Virus record (IMG/VR): IMGVR_UViG_3300023180_000017
Length of the DNA stretch: 64,000 bases
Strand: one strand, 5' to 3'
Source of the DNA: a virus
Shown here: positions 37,088 through 46,062 of the stretch, in pieces
How positions within the stretch are numbered: the first letter of the stretch is position 1
Layout of the letters: each line of letters starts with the position of its first letter
The notes under the pieces: generated by a model
Told to the model about the DNA's origin: nothing
The model's database searches: none
What the model saw: only the letters and a program-made list of their open reading frames with translations
Position numbers and translations under genes: made by a program

Positions 37088-37656
37088 TATGTGGAGATTC
37101 TTTTGCAGCAGATTGGACCGTAAAATATCCCGATCAAAAGGGTTGGCCCAATATGCTAGCAGAACACCACGATGTAATTAATATAGCACAAGCGGGCTGT
37201 AGTCAATATAAGGTACTGAAACAAATAACGAGTATCTTTCCAGAGGACTTTGATAATATCATTATCTCACATACCAGCCCTTATAGGTTGCCTATAGTAA
37301 ATCACCCACTTCACTTATATGATCCTCTCCACAAGGATAGCGATCTAATCTATTTGGATATAAAGGACAGGCCTGGATTGGAAGGGCTTGCTTCCTATTT
37401 TGAAAACCATATGGATTTAGAGTTTTGTACCTATATGCACACTACCATATGTCAAGAAATACATAATCTGACAGAATGGGACGAGGTGTTGCACATGACA
37501 GGAATCTTTTGGCATGATTTATATGAGTTCCCAGGAATGATCCATTTCGAAGATATTATGAAAGATCATCCTGGATTGATGAACCATATGAATGATGAAG
37601 GCAATAGAAAAGTGCTGGAAAAGGTACTAGCGTGGATAGACGATGTATCCAAGTAG
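37072..37656 (+). CDS. SGNH/GDSL-like protein
   Basis: ICGDSF, NIAQAGCS and C-terminal NH...GN motifs. Confidence 0.6.
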   Translation: MSKILICGDSFAADWTVKYPDQKGWPNMLAEHHDVINIAQAGCSQYKVLKQITSIFPEDFDNIIISHTSPYRLPIVNHPLHLYDPLHKDSDLIYLDIKDRPGLEGLASYFENHMDLEFCTYMHTTICQEIHNLTEWDEVLHMTGIFWHDLYEFPGMIHFEDIMKDHPGLMNHMNDEGNRKVLEKVLAWIDDVSK

Positions 37657-38311
37657 GGGCGATAAAGACTTTGAATTATATTGTGTAAATGATATCAAAG
37701 CATGGCAACCTAGCTTAAGGGATCATGGCATAGACTATACGACAAACTCATTTAGAATGAGAATGTCTTCAGACCCTAAGTATAATCCAGATAGTGTCGT
37801 ATTCTTAGGAGGATCAGATACTTGGGGTGTTGGCATGGCGTATGAAGATACCTATGTCCATTTAATATCCCAGCAACTAGGATTAGAAGCGGTTAATCTA
37901 GGTGTTCCTGCAGGTGGTATGGACTCAGCATTTAGAATATATCACCAATGGCAACCTTTAATCAAGGCTAGATACACGGTTTTTAATGTAACACCTGGCG
38001 TAAGACGAGAAGTCATATGTACCAGCAAAATAGATTATAGTAGAGTAACAGAGTGCAAGATATTAGGCAGATGGAACGTTGATTCGATGCCTGATTTATT
38101 ACAGCAACACCTTAATGATTATGAATATACGATGCAGAGATATAAGAACATCGCAGGTATAACAGCACTTGCCAAAGAGCATAACTCCCATCTTATTGTA
38201 ATTGAGAACACAGAAGAGTGGCCAACTACAGCAGCAGATGGTATGCACTATGGTAAGGAATATCATACCTGGGTAACAGAACAAGCAATCAAAGGAGTAG
38301 CAAAGCAATGA
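37643..38311 (+). CDS. SGNH/GDSL-like protein
   Basis: LGGSDTWG, NLGVPAGG and DGMHYG motifs. Confidence 0.6.
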   Translation: MYPSRGDKDFELYCVNDIKAWQPSLRDHGIDYTTNSFRMRMSSDPKYNPDSVVFLGGSDTWGVGMAYEDTYVHLISQQLGLEAVNLGVPAGGMDSAFRIYHQWQPLIKARYTVFNVTPGVRREVICTSKIDYSRVTECKILGRWNVDSMPDLLQQHLNDYEYTMQRYKNIAGITALAKEHNSHLIVIENTEEWPTTAADGMHYGKEYHTWVTEQAIKGVAKQ

Positions 38312-38508
38312 TAACTATCACATATTTAGAACTCTTCGGTATATTCGTTTTTTGTATTCTAGGTGTAGGCATAATGCAGTATAGACAAGGTTTAAAAGAT
38401 GGTGCTAATGTGCTATTAAAAATGTTTGAAGATAACGCAATCAAGGGAAGATTGACTATTGATTTTGGCGCCGATGGAGAAACTATTGAGCTCAACAAAA
38501 ACCTATAG
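38308..38508 (+). CDS. Small single-TM protein
   Basis: AGGAG SD; hydrophobic N-terminus. Confidence 0.6.
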   Translation: MITITYLELFGIFVFCILGVGIMQYRQGLKDGANVLLKMFEDNAIKGRLTIDFGADGETIELNKNL

Positions 38509-39010
38509 CAGACATCCTAATGTTCTAGAAGGTCCTAACTTCACGGTATTCTCTATGGGTCCGTTAGGTGTAGACCCTATACACGAGTTTCTCAATAGCA
38601 AAGGTATTCAAAACATCAAAGCCTACGTCAATCCTGCCTTTTATCCTAGGGTAGTCGAGAAGTTTCCTATTCACGATCATATAGCCATTCTAGCAGATCC
38701 TGTTAAAAGACATATGCACAGTGCAGCAGTATATAAGCAATATTGTAAAGATCCTAATAGAGTTCTCACTATCTCAGACTTCTACAAATATCACCTATAT
38801 CCTCATATGAATCTCTTACTCCCTGCCAACATACAGTTTATTCTATTTGACGAACTAAAAGATTATATAGGCGATTTAGACTTTACGTGGCGAGAAGGGA
38901 TACAATTATTTGGCTTAGAAGAAGAAGTAAATAGCTATATCCAAATACTTAGTAGCAAACAAAAGGTAAGCGTAGAACGGTGGAACAATATTCTAAATCG
39001 TTGGCAATAA
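38474..39010 (+). CDS. Hypothetical protein, degenerate sulfotransferase-like
   Basis: ILADPVKR resembles RDP..R. Confidence 0.35.
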   Translation: MEKLLSSTKTYSRHPNVLEGPNFTVFSMGPLGVDPIHEFLNSKGIQNIKAYVNPAFYPRVVEKFPIHDHIAILADPVKRHMHSAAVYKQYCKDPNRVLTISDFYKYHLYPHMNLLLPANIQFILFDELKDYIGDLDFTWREGIQLFGLEEEVNSYIQILSSKQKVSVERWNNILNRWQ

Positions 39011-39236
39011 ATACTGAATATGAATAATTTTAACGCAGTTGCGCGAACGAACTTCTCCCAGAATAACCATGTCAAACAGACATCTAACAGGAATTCGCAG
39101 GTGAAAACATCAAACACATCATATTCAGACATGTGTTATAAACACCACAACCTAGACACGGTTAATGACACAGAGAAGAACACAGTCAACACTCAATACG
39201 AAAATAACTTCGTAAATATTCTAAACGGAGTGTAAG

Positions 39237-39434
39237 ATGCTTAATAATCCATACACACCAGAAAAAGCACACTATAATAGTCTAACGGACTTTAAAACAG
39301 AACTAGAGAGAAACAAACAAACAATCTCATCTTTTACAGGGTATGAACTAATCTGTAAGTATAAAGACCGCTTCGTGGTATATGGCTTATATGATAGAAC
39401 TCTAACAGTACAGATAATCAAACGATCTAAGTAA
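39237..39434 (+). CDS. Hypothetical protein
   Basis: GGAG SD; 65 aa. Confidence 0.5.
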   Translation: MLNNPYTPEKAHYNSLTDFKTELERNKQTISSFTGYELICKYKDRFVVYGLYDRTLTVQIIKRSK

Positions 39435-39627
39435 AGAGAGACTCCGTGTGCCAAAGTGTGTTAAAGTGTGCCGTTCTATACTTGAATAGAAATTCTAAGG
39501 AAAACGGGGGAATAGACTGACCTTAATTGGCGTCTGCCCTTCTGTCAAGCACCGATTCGCCCTTTCTCTCGTTCGCCCTTTTCCTAGAAGTCAAGAGTTT
39601 TCAAAGACTTAGAACACCAAAAAGTGC

Positions 39628-39656
39628 TTGACAAGTACCAAAAAAGGTGCTATACT
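39628..39656 (+). promoter_or_regulatory. sigma70-type early promoter
   Basis: TTGACA-N17-TATACT with TG extension. Confidence 0.85.
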
Positions 39657-39689
39657 ATAGGGGTAAAATAAAGAAACGAGGAAAAAGAC

Positions 39690-40037
39690 ATGTTGAAATT
39701 ACTCCAAATCCAAGTCCCACGCGAACAGTTCGACGCAGTTAATGAATTAGGTTGGGCAGAGGCCATGGAAAAGTTCCCGGCCGTAGAAGCCCATATGGCC
39801 TGTACTATGAAGGGTTCTGAGGGGTTTGTACTAGAAGCCCATAAAGAGTTCTATGTACATGTCGCGAATATACTTACAGACGACCTAGAGACGGCTTTCC
39901 ATATACATAATGTAGGAGAAGAAGACCGTATACTACGTCTAGGCCGTCAGCACTCCATGTCCGTAGGCGACATTCTAGAAGACGAGGCTGGCAACTGGCA
40001 CATTGTCGACGGCTTTGGCTTTAAACAAGTCGCATAA
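39690..40037 (+). CDS. YodL-like domain protein
   Basis: LE.AF...N and HSMSVGD...VDGFGF motifs. Confidence 0.65.
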   Translation: MLKLLQIQVPREQFDAVNELGWAEAMEKFPAVEAHMACTMKGSEGFVLEAHKEFYVHVANILTDDLETAFHIHNVGEEDRILRLGRQHSMSVGDILEDEAGNWHIVDGFGFKQVA

Positions 40038-40045
40038 GGAGACCC

Positions 40046-40507
40046 ATGTACATTGTTTGCACATACGGCGGTACCAAGGCTATGCGTGAATTGGCAGAGG
40101 ATGTCGTAGAATTCACATGCAGAGCCCTCATGCCACGAAAGCGTACACTTAATATAGACATTGAAATAAAAGACACTCTAAAAGAAGGGGCATGGGGTTT
40201 CTGCTGTAGCTATAATGATCAACATACCATCGAATTGCACAATAAGATGGATAGTCTATATGAGTATATTGCTACTATATGTCACGAATGCGTACATGTA
40301 CAGCAACACTGTATGGGCATTCTAAACGAAGTGCGTGGCAAACAGATGTGGAAAGGCAGTGACTATACAGAAGTAGCGTATAGTAAACAGCCATGGGAAA
40401 AAGAAGCATTCGCGATGCAGCACAAATTAGCCAAGGCCTATCTGAAACATCGAGGTATCACCATCACCAAGGCCAAGACACTCTCCCCTAGACGAAAGAT
40501 ACTCTAG
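40046..40507 (+). CDS. Zincin-like metallopeptidase domain protein
   Basis: HECVHVQQ (HExxH) and PWEKEA motifs. Confidence 0.75.
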   Translation: MYIVCTYGGTKAMRELAEDVVEFTCRALMPRKRTLNIDIEIKDTLKEGAWGFCCSYNDQHTIELHNKMDSLYEYIATICHECVHVQQHCMGILNEVRGKQMWKGSDYTEVAYSKQPWEKEAFAMQHKLAKAYLKHRGITITKAKTLSPRRKIL

Positions 40508-40658
40508 ACACCCAGGATCCGAGCTATGGATTCTCTCTAGAAGTCAAGATATAATTAGGGTATATAGCACACGTCTAGATATCTCTTAAAAAAGTTTTCT
40601 GGGAATTTTTTTCCGTAGAAATTTTTCCGTTATAAGTATTCGCGTATAAGTATTCTAT

Positions 40659-41378
40659 ATGGCATTCCCTATGAGAGTTTATGAGCATTATTCATCCGAC
40701 AATCCCACAACATGGGCAAAACATTTACAGTTTGAACACCCTAGAGATAGAGCGATCAAACATGGTTGGTACGATACTAATACGAAGAATATGCGTAATA
40801 GTATAGAGTATAAACTTACAGAAGAAGATGAATATCGTACCGATGAATTTAACGAAGTAAGAGACTTTATGTTTATAGGTTGTTCTTGTACATTTGGTGT
40901 GGGTATACAATATAATGATAGATTAGATCAGATAGTACAGCGTAACATGGGATTTACTTCGTATAATGTGGCTAAGCCAGGTATTGGTTGGGAAGGGTAT
41001 TATCGTATCCTTTCCGAGAAATTGCAATATGCCAATACCATTGTTGTAATACCACCTTACAGTTATGCTCGTAGGGAAATACAGTTAGAAAATAAAACGA
41101 TACTTATCACACCACAACAGCCTGAAGGGCATTCAAATGCCAAACTTAGTTATAAGCCATATGAACTATTATGTGAAACAGAAACTAAAGTAATGGTACA
41201 ACGAATGCTTGACGCGATTAAGTGGTTGTGTTATCGTAACAACAAGAATGTAATAGTTACACCCCGATTATTTGTACAGAGAAACAATGATATGGGTGCG
41301 AGAGACTTACAGCATCCTGGTAAAAATGTACACTTGGATGCTTCTATACTTTTGGAACGGAAAATGAGGAAACTATAA
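40659..41378 (+). CDS. SGNH/GDSL-like protein
   Basis: IGCSCTFG, NVAKPG and RDLQHPG motifs. Confidence 0.6.
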   Translation: MAFPMRVYEHYSSDNPTTWAKHLQFEHPRDRAIKHGWYDTNTKNMRNSIEYKLTEEDEYRTDEFNEVRDFMFIGCSCTFGVGIQYNDRLDQIVQRNMGFTSYNVAKPGIGWEGYYRILSEKLQYANTIVVIPPYSYARREIQLENKTILITPQQPEGHSNAKLSYKPYELLCETETKVMVQRMLDAIKWLCYRNNKNVIVTPRLFVQRNNDMGARDLQHPGKNVHLDASILLERKMRKL

Positions 41379-41929
41379 TGTCCAAAAAACTAAAAGATCG
41401 TTTTGATCTAGAAACGGATATCATGCAATGTTGGAATATAGTAGATGACATTGATTTGCTATATGAGAACGTTTGTGATAATTCTAAATTTGATATGCCT
41501 CCCGAAACTAATGATCGCATTGCAAACGCTTTGTTAGGACTTAAAGAATTGTATGAAATGCGCTTTGAACGACTTAATGATACCTTTGCCCAGACCTATC
41601 GTTTAGATAAATACCGTGAGGTGGAGGACGAAGACAGTGACAGTGATTGGGAAGAAAGTGATTGGCAATGGGATAATGATGATGATGAACCAACTACTGT
41701 TCTGGTGGATGACCATATTGATTTAGTTACTGTTCCTTTGCAATATGAACTCCCCATGGATTGGGCCTCTGATGCTAATTATAACTTTAATGTAACCGAC
41801 TCTGCTGATGCTGATTTAACGATGGGTGGAACGGTTACTATTACTACGGACGAAAAGGTGGGTGGACTAAAAGATCTTTTGAGTGGAACGGTTACTATTA
41901 CTACGGACGAGCCAAGCGCTTCGCGATAA
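41378..41929 (+). CDS. Acidic hypothetical protein
   Basis: DRFDLE..IM.CW; acidic tail containing an internal duplication. Confidence 0.65.
   Translation: MSKKLKDRFDLETDIMQCWNIVDDIDLLYENVCDNSKFDMPPETNDRIANALLGLKELYEMRFERLNDTFAQTYRLDKYREVEDEDSDSDWEESDWQWDNDDDEPTTVLVDDHIDLVTVPLQYELPMDWASDANYNFNVTDSADADLTMGGTVTITTDEKVGGLKDLLSGTVTITTDEPSASR
41826..41910 (+). repeat. 28-bp perfect direct repeat (two copies, 57-bp period)
   Basis: GTGGAACGGTTACTATTACTACGGACGA at 41826-41853 and 41883-41910. Confidence 0.9.
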
Positions 41930-41945
41930 CTGCGTTGAATTTATT

Positions 41946-42680
41946 ATGGAAACAATTAAGAGAAAAGGTATTAAGTGGCATGTACTGCCGCGTAGAGATT
42001 TAATATTTGGCTTTATTGACAAAACAGGTGACTTTGAACCGAAAGTAAAGAAGTCTGCTAAAAAGTATATTACGCCTAAGTCAACGGTGTTGGACATTGG
42101 ATCTAATTTTGGATCCTTTGTTATTCCTTTGGCCGTTCAGTTTCCCGATACCCAGTTTATAGCATTTGAGCCACAGCTTGAAGTATTTAAAGAGCTAATT
42201 GCAAACGCCGAACTTAATGAGCTCAACAACTTCAAAGCATACAATCAAGTATTATCCAATAAACCTAACATCATATTACACGCTCCCAAGGTAAAATACA
42301 GTGGTGATGATGCTGAATACAATTCAGGTGCCATGTGTTTTGATACGGAACTTAGGCAAAGAATACTGGAAAAGCAAGGGTACACAAAAAGAACACCTAT
42401 GGAAATGGGTGCTCGTGATACATTAATATACAAGTCAAAGAGATTGGATCAATATATTGATGAAATAGAGAATGTCTCCGTAATTAAACTTGATGTAGAA
42501 GGTATGGAAAAGAAAGTATTAGAAGGTGCCATACAAATAATAAAGCGAGATAAACCTGTTATACTGTTTGAAATGTGGGATTGGTATTGGACAGGCTTGA
42601 CAGAATGGTTAGATATGTTAAACTATGAAGTAAAACGTATTAATGGAGACGATTATATAGCATGTTCAAAAGAAAAATAG
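41946..42680 (+). CDS. FkbM-family methyltransferase
   Basis: VLDIGSNFG, AFEP and IKLDVEGME motifs. Confidence 0.9.
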   Translation: METIKRKGIKWHVLPRRDLIFGFIDKTGDFEPKVKKSAKKYITPKSTVLDIGSNFGSFVIPLAVQFPDTQFIAFEPQLEVFKELIANAELNELNNFKAYNQVLSNKPNIILHAPKVKYSGDDAEYNSGAMCFDTELRQRILEKQGYTKRTPMEMGARDTLIYKSKRLDQYIDEIENVSVIKLDVEGMEKKVLEGAIQIIKRDKPVILFEMWDWYWTGLTEWLDMLNYEVKRINGDDYIACSKEK

Positions 42681-44026
42681 CCTTTGTTATAACAGCACAA
42701 CATTGTATTCCTCACGGTGGCATAGGACAGTTCTGTAAATCTTTTGTCGATATGGCAAAAGAACTAGAATGGGCTGTTCATATTATATTGGATAAGGCTC
42801 CTGCTAAAAGTAGCTTAGTAGATTACTTACAAGAACAAGATAACGTCAACCTTTTTTACAGTCAAGGAACACAGCAATACACCAACCACAACAAGACATT
42901 CGTGTTTGAAGACACAATGAACTTTGAACGTATGTTAAACGTTAGGGCCAATATGTTAGATGCCTTAGAACGTAACATATATGATATGGTGTTAATTAAC
43001 AGCCCTGATGCTGTATCCACAATTTACAACTTAGGCTTACAGCGCTTTGTACCTGTAGTCTTTTACACTCATTCAGAAAACTTTATCTTTTTAGAAAAAG
43101 GTGCTAATAAGGTGTTTAGTGAGGCATGCGTATATTATATGCAGAATCTCCTACAATTACCCGGTTTAACAATCGGAACACAAACTTCACTAAACACCAA
43201 GCACATTCAGGAAAACTTTAACCTCAAATCCGTAGCTTTGCCTATGCGGGTTCCAGAACTACAGCTTTTGTTCAATGTCGACGTTGAAAAGGAAGGGGTG
43301 TTGTTCACAGGACGTTGGGAACCACGCAAGAACCCCAAAGTATTTTGTGACGCCGTAATAGAAATGGACGTCCCAGCTAAGGTACTTACAAATGCTAAAG
43401 GTAAGGAAAAGTTTGAGGCATACTTTAAAGAGCATAACTTTACCAAGTATGAAATACGGGCAAGCATAATTGGGCAGGAGAAGGTAGACTTTATACGAAG
43501 TGCTAAAATAGCATTTCACCCAGCACAGTTGGAGTCATTTGGCTTTAGTGCTTTTGAGAGTTTACACTCTTGCCCAACCTTTTGCTTGGAAAAGTATGAT
43601 TGGTGGAACAACTTTGCAGGACTTGTAGTTCCACTAGGCAACGACTATGTTGAGGAATTAAAAAGTGCATATAACACAGATGATCTAATGTATGAGGGGC
43701 GACTCAGAACCCTATATAGCATAGATCAATATACTATAAAATCCTGGAAAGAATTTGTAGAAACAGATTCCTATGCAGGACAAAGTAATGTGGAAAATGC
43801 TCTTACAAAAGCAGTAGATGAAAGTGAACAGAGTTTTGGATTGTTACACTATTATTTGAACATATTAAAAAGACAAAGTATTGCAATAGATGATGTTCAT
43901 ACTGTTTATAAGAAACAAAGTCAAATAACTTTAACACAATTATTGGAAGATACATATATAACTAAACAAGGAAGTGAATTCAACCCTATGGTTGAAGAAA
44001 CTACATCATTGGAGGATTTATTTTGA
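42662..44026 (+). CDS. GT-B (GT4-like) glycosyltransferase
   Basis: HGGIG, FTGRWEPRKNP and ESFGFSAFE motifs; C-terminal SLEDLF. Confidence 0.8.
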   Translation: MFKRKIAFVITAQHCIPHGGIGQFCKSFVDMAKELEWAVHIILDKAPAKSSLVDYLQEQDNVNLFYSQGTQQYTNHNKTFVFEDTMNFERMLNVRANMLDALERNIYDMVLINSPDAVSTIYNLGLQRFVPVVFYTHSENFIFLEKGANKVFSEACVYYMQNLLQLPGLTIGTQTSLNTKHIQENFNLKSVALPMRVPELQLLFNVDVEKEGVLFTGRWEPRKNPKVFCDAVIEMDVPAKVLTNAKGKEKFEAYFKEHNFTKYEIRASIIGQEKVDFIRSAKIAFHPAQLESFGFSAFESLHSCPTFCLEKYDWWNNFAGLVVPLGNDYVEELKSAYNTDDLMYEGRLRTLYSIDQYTIKSWKEFVETDSYAGQSNVENALTKAVDESEQSFGLLHYYLNILKRQSIAIDDVHTVYKKQSQITLTQLLEDTYITKQGSEFNPMVEETTSLEDLF

Positions 44027-44283
44027 GAACAGAAGATCAATTAACACATTTTCACATATCATTGATTAAGTCGTTTTTAAGAATACTCGCAGGTTTTTTA
44101 CTACTAGCAGTACCAGATGTTATGGTAAAAATGTTTGCAGGACTTTTTATTGCGTCAGAACTTTTTGGTATTTTAGAAGAGCTTGTAGGGGAGGCTAAAA
44201 GTGTACCCGGAAATAATAATGTCCGTAACCCTGGGAAACATCGAAACAATTACTATCGAAGAAAACAAAAGCAGAGATCTTAA
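44023..44283 (+). CDS. Small membrane protein
   Basis: HF.ISLIKS.LRI...E..GILEELV. Confidence 0.65.
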   Translation: MRTEDQLTHFHISLIKSFLRILAGFLLLAVPDVMVKMFAGLFIASELFGILEELVGEAKSVPGNNNVRNPGKHRNNYYRRKQKQRS

Positions 44284-44331
44284 ACCATTTTCTGTTGTTG
44301 AGGAAGCTCAACTGCGTTTTGATTTCGACTG

Positions 44332-44871
44332 ATGGCAACTCTTATACACGAACACCAATTGGGATCTTGCTGTCTCATATCAGGCTCTGCTTGGTTGACT
44401 ATACCTAAAAATGCTTCATCACTATTAAGAGAACTGTCAAAGCATGACGGTCTTTTATACAATGAAACAATTTTCAATTACCCACTTACTGTCGTTATAA
44501 GAGACCCCGTGGATAGGTGGGTGTCCGGCATGTCCGAATATCTATCAAGAAAAACGGGAGGGTACTTTGTAATTGCAAATCAGCCAACTTACGATGATCT
44601 ATACAACAAGATAGAGTATGATGCTCACACAGCACCGCAACATAGGTTTTTTGAAAACTTTACAGTAAATCAATTTTATTTGTTTGAAGACATTCCCAGC
44701 CTTTTCCCTAAATCGGAAAGGATAAACAGTATGGATTCTACGTGGATGAGACGTCAAGTGAAGGATTGGGTTCTTTCAAAGATGGATGATAGGCTTGAAA
44801 AACAAATAATCAAGTATTACGAAAAAGATTATCAGTTATATCAGGAACTTAAAAAACAAAGAAATGCTTGA
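44332..44871 (+). CDS. Sulfotransferase family 2-like protein
   Basis: IPKNASS, IRDPVDRWVSG, HTAPQ and YYEKDY motifs. Confidence 0.75.
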   Translation: MATLIHEHQLGSCCLISGSAWLTIPKNASSLLRELSKHDGLLYNETIFNYPLTVVIRDPVDRWVSGMSEYLSRKTGGYFVIANQPTYDDLYNKIEYDAHTAPQHRFFENFTVNQFYLFEDIPSLFPKSERINSMDSTWMRRQVKDWVLSKMDDRLEKQIIKYYEKDYQLYQELKKQRNA

Positions 44872-44896
44872 CTTTTGTACCGTTTTGTCGTATAAT
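44868..44896 (+). promoter_or_regulatory. sigma70-type promoter
   Basis: TTGACT-N17-TATAAT. Confidence 0.8.
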
Positions 44897-44916
44897 TTTA
44901 TATACAAAATGAGGAA

Positions 44917-45567
44917 ATGACTATGAAAGTTAGCGCATCTAAGCAAAAGGTACCACAGTATATACTAGACAACGCTAGTAACTACAAAAGAACCAAGTCT
45001 GTTAGAAGGGTTAATAAGCACGGGTTGCCTGTTTTTGATACTTCTAAGGCAGCTAGTGAACACAAGGATAGACCTAAAGTGTGTCAAACCAGAGGCTGTC
45101 ATAATAAGCCATCTGTACAGGGCGGAGAAAGGCAAGGTTATTATTGGTTGATGTGGTGTTCTGAATGTTGTAAGAAAGACAGAGCAGACAGGCAAGGGTT
45201 TAGTAATACAAAAGAATACAAAAATAAATTAGCAGAAGATGCCGGTTTCTTATCTCACGGCGACAGATCTAAAGCAAGTCATAAATACCTGAAGTATAGA
45301 AAAACATTTTGTGAAAACATTGACGGTAGGTTAGGGTTTAAGTGTACGACTACAATTATCAATCCTCAATCTCATCCTAAAATATTTGAACAAAATACTA
45401 ATGTGGATCCTGCATGGAACGGATTGTTACATGTGGATCATATTGATGGAGATCCCTCCAACAACAATCAGGAAAATTTACAAACACTTTGTGTTTGTTG
45501 TCATACAATTAAAACAGCATTATACGAAGACTATAGATCGCCAGGGAGAAAGACTTTGAAGTGTTAA
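44917..45567 (+). CDS. HNH endonuclease
   Basis: LHVDHIDGDPSNN..ENLQTLCVCCH..KT; N-terminal Cys cluster. Confidence 0.85.
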   Translation: MTMKVSASKQKVPQYILDNASNYKRTKSVRRVNKHGLPVFDTSKAASEHKDRPKVCQTRGCHNKPSVQGGERQGYYWLMWCSECCKKDRADRQGFSNTKEYKNKLAEDAGFLSHGDRSKASHKYLKYRKTFCENIDGRLGFKCTTTIINPQSHPKIFEQNTNVDPAWNGLLHVDHIDGDPSNNNQENLQTLCVCCHTIKTALYEDYRSPGRKTLKC

Positions 45568-45590
45568 ACGGGAAGCTAATGCTCCCCGTT
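45567..45590. terminator. Hairpin between convergent genes
   Basis: AACGGGAAGC-TAAT-GCTCCCCGTT. Confidence 0.6.
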
Positions 45591-45601
45591 GTACACATGC
45601 C

Positions 45602-46051
45602 CTAGTCCTCGTTGTTAAGAGGATTGTCTAAAATCTTTTCAATTCTTTCTTCTAAGTCTTCTCTTAGTTCACGTACACTCTTGTCTGTTTCTCTCAAGGA
45701 ATCGTTGACTCGCTCTTCTAAAGCGTAAACGTCATCTCTTAGTTCCCTTTGAGTTTCAGCTACGTTATCATCTGTATCTCTAGCTAGCTTTTCCACAGAA
45801 TTAATATCGTCCATAATTTCATCTATATCTGCCTCGATATTTTCTAACTGTGTCTGCAATACTGCTAGATTTTCATCATAATGTGAGAAGTCCGGGGAAA
45901 CATAATTAACAATAGCTTCCTCAGCTGTCAATAATCTTTGATACAGTTCAAACCCTGCCCAAAGAGCCCCGAATAAAGTACCTAGAAGAGGAAGTATAAC
46001 CAGAAGTTTTCCCCCGGTTATTTTCATTTCTCCTATTTCTATTTCTGCCAT
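45602..46051 (-). CDS. TM-anchored coiled-coil protein
   Basis: N-terminal TM helix, long heptad region, C-terminal LDNPL. Confidence 0.75.
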   Translation of the reverse strand: MAEIEIGEMKITGGKLLVILPLLGTLFGALWAGFELYQRLLTAEEAIVNYVSPDFSHYDENLAVLQTQLENIEADIDEIMDDINSVEKLARDTDDNVAETQRELRDDVYALEERVNDSLRETDKSVRELREDLEERIEKILDNPLNNED

Positions 46052-46062
46052 TATTTTCTCCT

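Noticed and set aside
39020-39235. 71-aa Asn/Thr-rich ORF
   Set aside because: No SD, low complexity and no recognisable motif; it cannot be supported as a gene, though it is not excluded.
41826-41910. 28-bp repeat / 29-bp spacer / repeat resembling a mini-CRISPR array
   Set aside because: Only two copies, not palindromic, no CRISPR-like terminal motif and no cas genes. The 57-bp period is in frame within a CDS (GTVTITTDE twice), so it is best read as an intragenic duplication.
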